Shown here piece after piece: positions 56,825 through 64,000 of a DNA stretch of 64,000 nt. Position numbers and translations under genes: made by a program. The DNA lies in contig OZ024743.1 in assembly GCA_964016885.1 (NCBI GenBank), positions 57,722,001-57,786,000 on the forward strand, in the 5' to 3' direction. Source of the stretch: Eledone cirrhosa. Lineage: Eukaryota. Every line of letters starts with the position of its first letter. Position 1 is the stretch's first letter. The notes under the pieces are model-generated. The model saw nothing but the letters and a program-made list of their open reading frames with translations, was not told where the DNA came from and made no database searches.

Positions 56825-59800
56825 TGGGATGGACACACGCGTGAAACTTGGTGGGTAAGTTCTGCTTAAATTTCTATAGACATTCTTGACTGTGAACCTC
56901 ATTTTTATACCAATTTGTAGAGGGACTGCCAGGTCAGATTTTGATCTGGCCAGTCTCTCAAAATATTCTACGCCTTTAGGCGAAATAGTTCATAAAAAAA
57001 AACTTTTGGAAAACTAACGTTTTAAAAAAAAAATGGCTGAAGCAACAGCTTCTTCACCAACATTCGAAGGAGGAAAGAGGAAGATATGCTTACAGCTTCC
57101 CCCTTCCACTGCCATAGTAGCAGATGTCTCAGACAAAGGTCAGACAGAGGAAGGATTTTGTTCACCTGCTGACCAACAACTTGACGTTGCCATGGCAACA
57201 AACCAAAACCAATAGTGTGAAACAATGAACAAAACAACACAACCGGCGGCACCAGCAACAACAACAACAACAATGGTATGAACGAAAACAACACCAACAA
57301 CAACGAAGACAACAACAATAACAAGATCAACAAAAACAACAACTCCAGCACACACGAAAACACCACACACACACACCAAAAGAACAAAAGAAAAAAACGT
57401 TTGCAGAAAGCCTTACCAAAGAGACAGAGTTTATACAGATAGATCTGTCAAACCAAGTGCAGCACCTAAAGGACGCTGCGCAACATATAACTTTCGAAGG
57501 TAACGGCTTTCGAATAAGTACCCCACCGGAAATTAGAGCCGCGACCTTAAGAATAAACAATTTTCGTCCGGACGTTCTGCTCACAAACCAAGAAACCGAT
57601 GGCTTTAAGCAAAAGCACGGTGGAAACCGAGCTAAAGGAGGCAATGCCAGACATGGCTTACCTCCAGAGGGCCAAGCAGTACGGGAGCATCTCGGTGCTC
57701 TTTAAAAGCGAGGCCCTCGCCCAGAAATATTCGGTGGCTCCAATTAGAATGAGCCAACACATCTTCCCAACATACATGGGAAGAAGAACCCATAAAATAA
57801 GGATCTCCCAGATCCCACCAAACACCAACATTTTGTGGATCCTGGGTGGTTTTTGGAGGAGGATGAAGACAACCTCCTCTATGTAAAAAAAATCAATCCG
57901 ACAGAACTGGAGTTGGACCTCAATTGAGCTTTTAGTTCAAATGAAACCGGAGAGGATTGACAAAATACCGGAAGGGGTGCCGGTGGATGATAACCATGTT
58001 ATCCACATCGCAGTGGAGGGCAAAAGACCACAATGTTTCAAATGTGGAAAAAAGACACATTTAAAAGCATTTTGCCCAATGCTGGATGTGGAAAAACAAA
58101 AGAAGGCGTTGTTGCCAACCCCAAAACTACAACAGACACATATGAAAACAAAAGACACAACCCCCAAACCATCAAAATTCACCCAACTATCACAAACCAC
58201 AAAAGACACCACACCAAAAGTTCTCCTGAAGGACTCTGTCCCACCCCTTCCCCCTCAGTCCAACACTCCCACAAACACACACACAAACACTCCACCATCA
58301 CACAACATACCCCTCCCACCTACCCACAATGATAACACGTCAGACACGGCAACCTCAACATCTCCAAGTGAGGATGAAGAGGAACCCCAAAAGTCCAAGA
58401 AGCAAAAAATACAGAAAAAATACAACAAAAACACCAACTGAAAACACGCACACCACCAACACTGACATAAACATACCGCCACAAACGACAACTACACCAA
58501 CAACACAACCAGACACTTCACCAACAAAACAAACACCCACACCACCACAATCACAAACCTCAACCACAAAAAGAAAACTACAAACAGAAACGGTACTTAT
58601 AAAAAACAAAACACATTACACATACATAAAAACAACAAACAAAGAACTGGTGGAAACTGTCCGAAAGGACCCCACAATACAAACGGAAGGAAACATCTTC
58701 CCCACCAACAACCCACTTCCAAACCTCAAACTTATCAGGGTAACGACCCTACAGTGTGAAACTTTAAAAGAGAACTTCCCACATGATGTGCCCCCCCCCC
58801 CCCCTTGCCAAAAGCCCCTTAACCGTATCCTGCTAAAAGAATTCCCTCACTCCCCAAACACCACCATTCTGGACATGGAGATCGAACAACCCGACCTCCA
58901 GGAAACGAAAAGGTAAGTGTTCCTGCCTTTTCTCTCCTTAACTCTTCTTCGCCAACATGGCGACTATACAAGCTGGATGTTTGAATCTATGTGGCCTGGG
59001 CATGTCCTGGAAACAGGGCCAGCTTTTAAATGAACTCAGGTCACATTGTATAGATGTGATAGCCATCACCGAGTCCAGGATTCATGACAAGCAGCAGCTA
59101 ACCCCCATGTTCGATGATTTTGAGATCTACGCATCTCTCTGTCAGTTAGGAGGTGGAGGAGGGAGTTGCTGTTCTGTTTCGAAAAATCTTGGATCTCAAA
59201 ATACAGACGATTCACTTGGACTCGGAGGGCAGCCTGGTGGTCCTGGACGTGAATGGTAGTGAAGGTGGAGCTTTCAGACTGGTAGCCGCATATGCCCCGA
59301 CTGGGACATCGCGCCAGAGTTCTTCAAGCGTCTGGAGCCATTCCTGGGAACGTCTCACTCCATAGTTTTAACAGTGGACTGGAATGGCATCTTAGACGCA
59401 CGTTGGGACTATGTAGGAGCTTGTGATAATAGAGGGAGGTGTAATAGCCTAAAAAATCTCATCACCCAATTCCAACTGGCTGATAGATATCGACTAGACT
59501 TCCCAAGTGCACCACTGTGGACGTGGAGCAACTGCACTGGGTCTTCTAGATCGTATTTAGATAGATCTTTAATTAGAATGATAAGGAAACATTAAGCTGT
59601 CCACAAATGCATATGGTTGCCTATTCAGACCACAAATTAGTCACCTGAGTAGTCAACCTTAATAGGACACACAGACAGGGACCCGGATACTGGAAGCTAA
59701 ACATGTCGCTCCCGGCGCGTAAGGCCTACAGTAAACGGATTAGCACCTTAGTTAAGTGCCTGTTGACGGGGGCGATCGTCAACAACAGGTGGTGGAGTAC

Positions 59801-62322
59801 TCTCTCAAGAGAGCAATTAGAATAAATTCGATAGCATTTAGCCAAGAAGTAGCTTTAGAAAAAAAACAAAACTGAAAAGGAACTGGTAGCTAAAATAGAA
59901 GAGGCACTTAGGAATGGCAGTACAGCTAACGTGCTAACGGCGAGAACGGCACTAGACCAGTTCTTCAACGTGAAACACGAAGGTTGTATTGTCAGAAGTA
60001 GAACACGTGCTCTAAGAAACGAGGGAGCCAGAGCTGTGAGCTGCGCCCGAGTGGCATGGCGAAAAGTGGCAACAAATCCACAATTCGGTCTTTGCAAGAC
60101 AAAGATGGACGCATTCTACTTGAATCACAAGCAGATGTGCACGGCCTTCCAGCAGCATTTTGCACAACTGTTCGGGAAAAGAGGTACATCGAACGAGATG
60201 ATGGACTTCAGCTCCTACCTCGACGGCGTACTACGACTCTCGATCACGGATGCGGAGAGCTGCGAAAGGCCGATCACAGCGGGCGAAATAGAAGATGCCC
60301 TAGGTCGCTGCGAGAAATGCAAATCACCCGGTTTAGATGGTCTACCCTATGAGTTTTATATAGGCATGCCAGACTTGTTCTCTGTCGTCCTCGAAGCGGT
60401 CTACTGCAACTGGCAGCAGAACGGGAGGATTCCCAGTTCTGTAGGCAGAGGCGTAGTAACACTGATCAGGAAAGATGAGAACAAGGGGGATGAGATAAGC
60501 AATTTCAGGCCCATAAATCTGCTCAACACAGAGCTAAAGATTTTGGCCAAGGTGTTAGCAGCGAGGCTGGCGCTTGTCGAGAACCTGGTAGAGGAAGCAC
60601 AAACGTGTGCAATCCCGACCAGGTTCATACACGACAACCTCCACCTCATGCGATACATCATAGTGAGTGTAGGGTGTAAACCTGGCTTCGGTGGGGCTGT
60701 GATCAATAGATCAGTCTAAGGCATTTGATAGGGTAGACCATCAATACTTGGAAGCAGTTTTCAAGGCGGCCGGCTTCGGTCTGGTCTTCAGAGGCTGGAT
60801 CGCTGCCATGCACACCAGCATCTGCTCTGCAGTCAAGGTGAATGGCTACCTATCAGAGCCATTTCAAATCATGCGTTCCATCCGTCAGGGATGCCCTCTC
60901 TCATCCATTCTGTATGTACTGACTCTGGAAGTTGGAGCTGTTGCAGGGCACCCCGATCGAACCAGGACTGTCGAAAACCTCGGAAATCGGGGTAATTGGC
61001 AGCCTATTACAGGACTATGAAACGTTGACAGGAGCAAGACTAAACCCAAACAAGTCCGTTGGTTTGCAACTCGGCACATGGAGAGGCAAACCCATGCGTT
61101 CCGACAGTGTAGTTGGACGCTGGATGGAAGGACCGATGAAATTGCTCGGCGTCTGGTTTGGTCCAGACCTCCAGGTGGACAAGAACTGGAACGAGGGCAC
61201 GTTGAAGGTGTTTGAACTCACCCAGAAGTGGGCTGAGTGCAAACTCTCCTTGAAAGGTCGAGCGGAGGTGGCGAACACTTACATAGCGTCCGTCATCTAC
61301 TACCGCTTGAGATTCGTGACTTGCCCCCGCGAATACCTTACCAAAATAGAACGCCTACTCTTCAAGTTCCTCTGAAAGAAATAGGCTCCATTGGTGAGCG
61401 GAAACGGCAATCAGTGGAGACTCTACTTCGACATTCTATAGAGGATTAGCGGAGGATAAGTGCGACGAGGTTCTCGGGGAAACTAGGCATCGAGGAGGAC
61501 GAACTGACCAGTCTGTTCGGGAGGACTTTCCGTCCAGAGCCTATGGATAACTTCCAGAGGTCTCTGGCTTGGCAGTGTTACCGAGGAGCTCTACCAATTC
61601 GACACAAAATCTACAGACACGGACGCCCTGGCAGAGATCCTGCCAAAAGGATCTGTCCAAGATGCGAGCAGGACATCGAAACCGTTCTGCACTCAATTGT
61701 TCAGTGCCCAGGGGTGACCGACCTGTGGAATTATGTCGAACAGCTACTGTCACGTGTGGGACGAATCCAGTTGACAGCCGAGTCCATCATGAGGATCACC
61801 CCGCCGTCTTCATTTAAGAACGAAGGAGAGGCGGTTTTCCTCTGTCTGGTGGCTATGGCGAAAGAGGTAATATGGTGGACGAGGTTAAAAGCACTGAGGG
61901 CAAACACCTTTCTCTCCGGACAACAACTTATCCCCTTCTTTAAGTATCACTTCAGAAGGAAGGTGAGAGTGGAGAGAGAGGTGCTACACCCCAGTAAATT
62001 CGCTGAAAGGTGGGTGAAAGTGGCGAAAATGGCCCGAGTGAATGGCCCTTCTCTGTATATAAACCTGTAGGTTGAGGAAGATAAACAGGGGGAAGGCAGG
62101 AACACCTATTAAACGTGTTCCTGGTGTTGAGGGTTGTTCTATCTACGGGGTGTAAAACAACCCTGCAGTAACGTTCCCCCCCTATTGGGGGATTTCAATT
62201 GTTATTTTATTATATATAGTTTATTGTTATTTATTAATGTTAAAGTTATTTTTATGTAAAACCCCCGCCGTCACGTCTTGTAATGTCCCATTTATATACG
62301 CACCTGTGGCAAATAAAGAAAG
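56825..62322 (+). mobile_element. Near-full-length L1/Tx1-clade LINE (copy C), inactive, flanked by (TATC)n
   Basis: ORF1 remnants 57033-58916 (CFKCGKKTHLKAFC). ORF2 remnants 58957-62070 (APE, RT, CPRC..H...C). Ends aataaagaaagatatctatttatctatc. Confidence 0.9.
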
Positions 62323-62376
62323 ATATCTATTTATCTATCTGTCTTTTTCTCTTTCTCTCTCTCTCTCTCTCTCTCA

Positions 62377-62412
<36 letters not shown>

Positions 62413-62451
62413 GTATAGACACACACACACATATATATGTGTGTGTATGTG

Positions 62452-62495
<44 letters not shown>

Positions 62496-64000
62496 TAAGT
62501 TATTCCGGGTTGAATCGGAGATTGTTACACTTGTGTGTGTTTTTATTGGCAGCATGACTCTCCTAAAGTATAACAAAATCTGTTTCAACGCACGTTTACA
62601 GATACGAAATCTTGCAAAATAAATTGATAAACGAATTATATATATGTATATATATAAAACATGTGGATTTGCGTAGAAAAGAGTGTAATTGATCAATACA
62701 AACAAAGGAAGCAAAACTAAAATACAAGCAGAAACAATTTCAGTTGGGTTAAAATTAATATATTTTAGTGTCATTCAATAAAAATAAACCCGTTCGCTTG
62801 TATATGGCTGATCTGATTAGAAACAGCTATGTCTCATATCACACTAAAGACTTGTATAGGGCGGTGACTGGGTAACACAAGTGCTAGAGAGCCAGAAAAA
62901 CACCGGTGGTTTTTGTTACGTTTCTTTACGTTCTGTGTTCACCAAGTTAAACTTTGCTTTTCATTCTTCCGGAGTTGATATAATAAAGTACCAGTCAAGT
63001 ACTGTGGATAAAATAAGAGATTTACCTTCCTTCGAAATTGCTGGCATTGTACCTAAATTAGAATCCATTATGAAACAGTTGTAAATAGATAAATAAATAA
63101 CTAAATAAATAAATAAATAAATATAATATGGTTGAAATCTATTGCTATTTTCTAACTATATCACGCACAGTATTTTATGAAAATATATCAAATGAAGTAT
63201 TGAAATATCACATTTAAATCCTTCGGATTCATGCAAGCATTTTATAGATCATTTAAAGTCTATCACAGCAGAGATGCACAGTCAGTCATAGAATTATTGA
63301 CTAAATAAGAGAAGACGTGGAGGTCACTGTTAAATATTGGTGACATGACTCATTCCTTTGTTTGTACGGTATGTCAAATATTTTAAAGTATTTTATGTCT
63401 ATGGTATCAATCGATTGGATTAGTATTTCGGTGGAATTTCTTCATTGATGAGGCTGATTCTTAGTAACATTCTCATTTCCTGATGTTTTCTCACCATGAT
63501 TCTTTCTTCAGTTGCAGACCATTCTCTAATCTTGCACTTTAAAAGGTTTTATTTTTAAGAGAATAGCCTAGATTCGTCATCGTTGCATCTACTTCTTACA
63601 TTCCAGAATGTCATGACTGTTAGAGTCCAAAGAAACCAGTGCCATTTCTCCATTTCTCCATTTCATGTAGTTTCTAGACATTTCTGCTGTCTACAGAACA
63701 ACGCTATTAAACTCCAGCAAAACTACTACAGAGTCAAATAAAAGGTGACAGTTGTATCGGTATTTCACATTATCCTTTCACCTTACATCTTGTTACAAGC
63801 TCTTACATCACGTTCTTCTATGGATAATGAAGAAACCAGCCATGCGTACCAGTTAAAGGAAGAGAATGTCTTAGTGTGAAACGTGGTGTCTTACAATTAG
63901 ATATTTCACTCCTATTCCTTCAATACACGAAACTGGCTTAGTTTTTCAACACGTCAACAGAAATATTGCCTTAGGTTTTATTTAGTTCTGTTATACAGGT

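Noticed and set aside
62568-62605. Minus-strand HHR-like motif
   Set aside because: Core reads CTGTAA, not CTGANGA. Single copy.

Overview
AT-rich, microsatellite-dense eukaryotic (animal) DNA with no recognisable host gene. The SINE types and repeat density suggest an octopus or other cephalopod genome (inference). Almost all short ORFs in the track are translations of microsatellites. Coding remnants come from transposons: RTE, CRE, CR1 and Helitron fragments, four Penelope-like elements (RT plus C-terminal GIY-YIG), two near-full-length L1/Tx1 LINEs and a 3' fragment sitting in (TATC)n, and a ~1.1-kb higher-order satellite built on a transposase fragment. The main signal is non-coding. Read by eye, the window holds many type I hammerhead ribozyme (HHR) motifs in at least six unrelated small elements inserted in (TA)n. 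The clearest is an almost perfect 310-bp tandem/inverted array (9345-12677) with 11 HHRs. These elements share the insertion architecture of the neighbouring Penelope-like elements: an inverted copy plus a direct copy with an extra 3' tail. This suggests a system of non-autonomous, probably circular-RNA 'retrozymes' mobilised by Penelope-like RT/endonuclease. All folds were paired manually and none has been tested.
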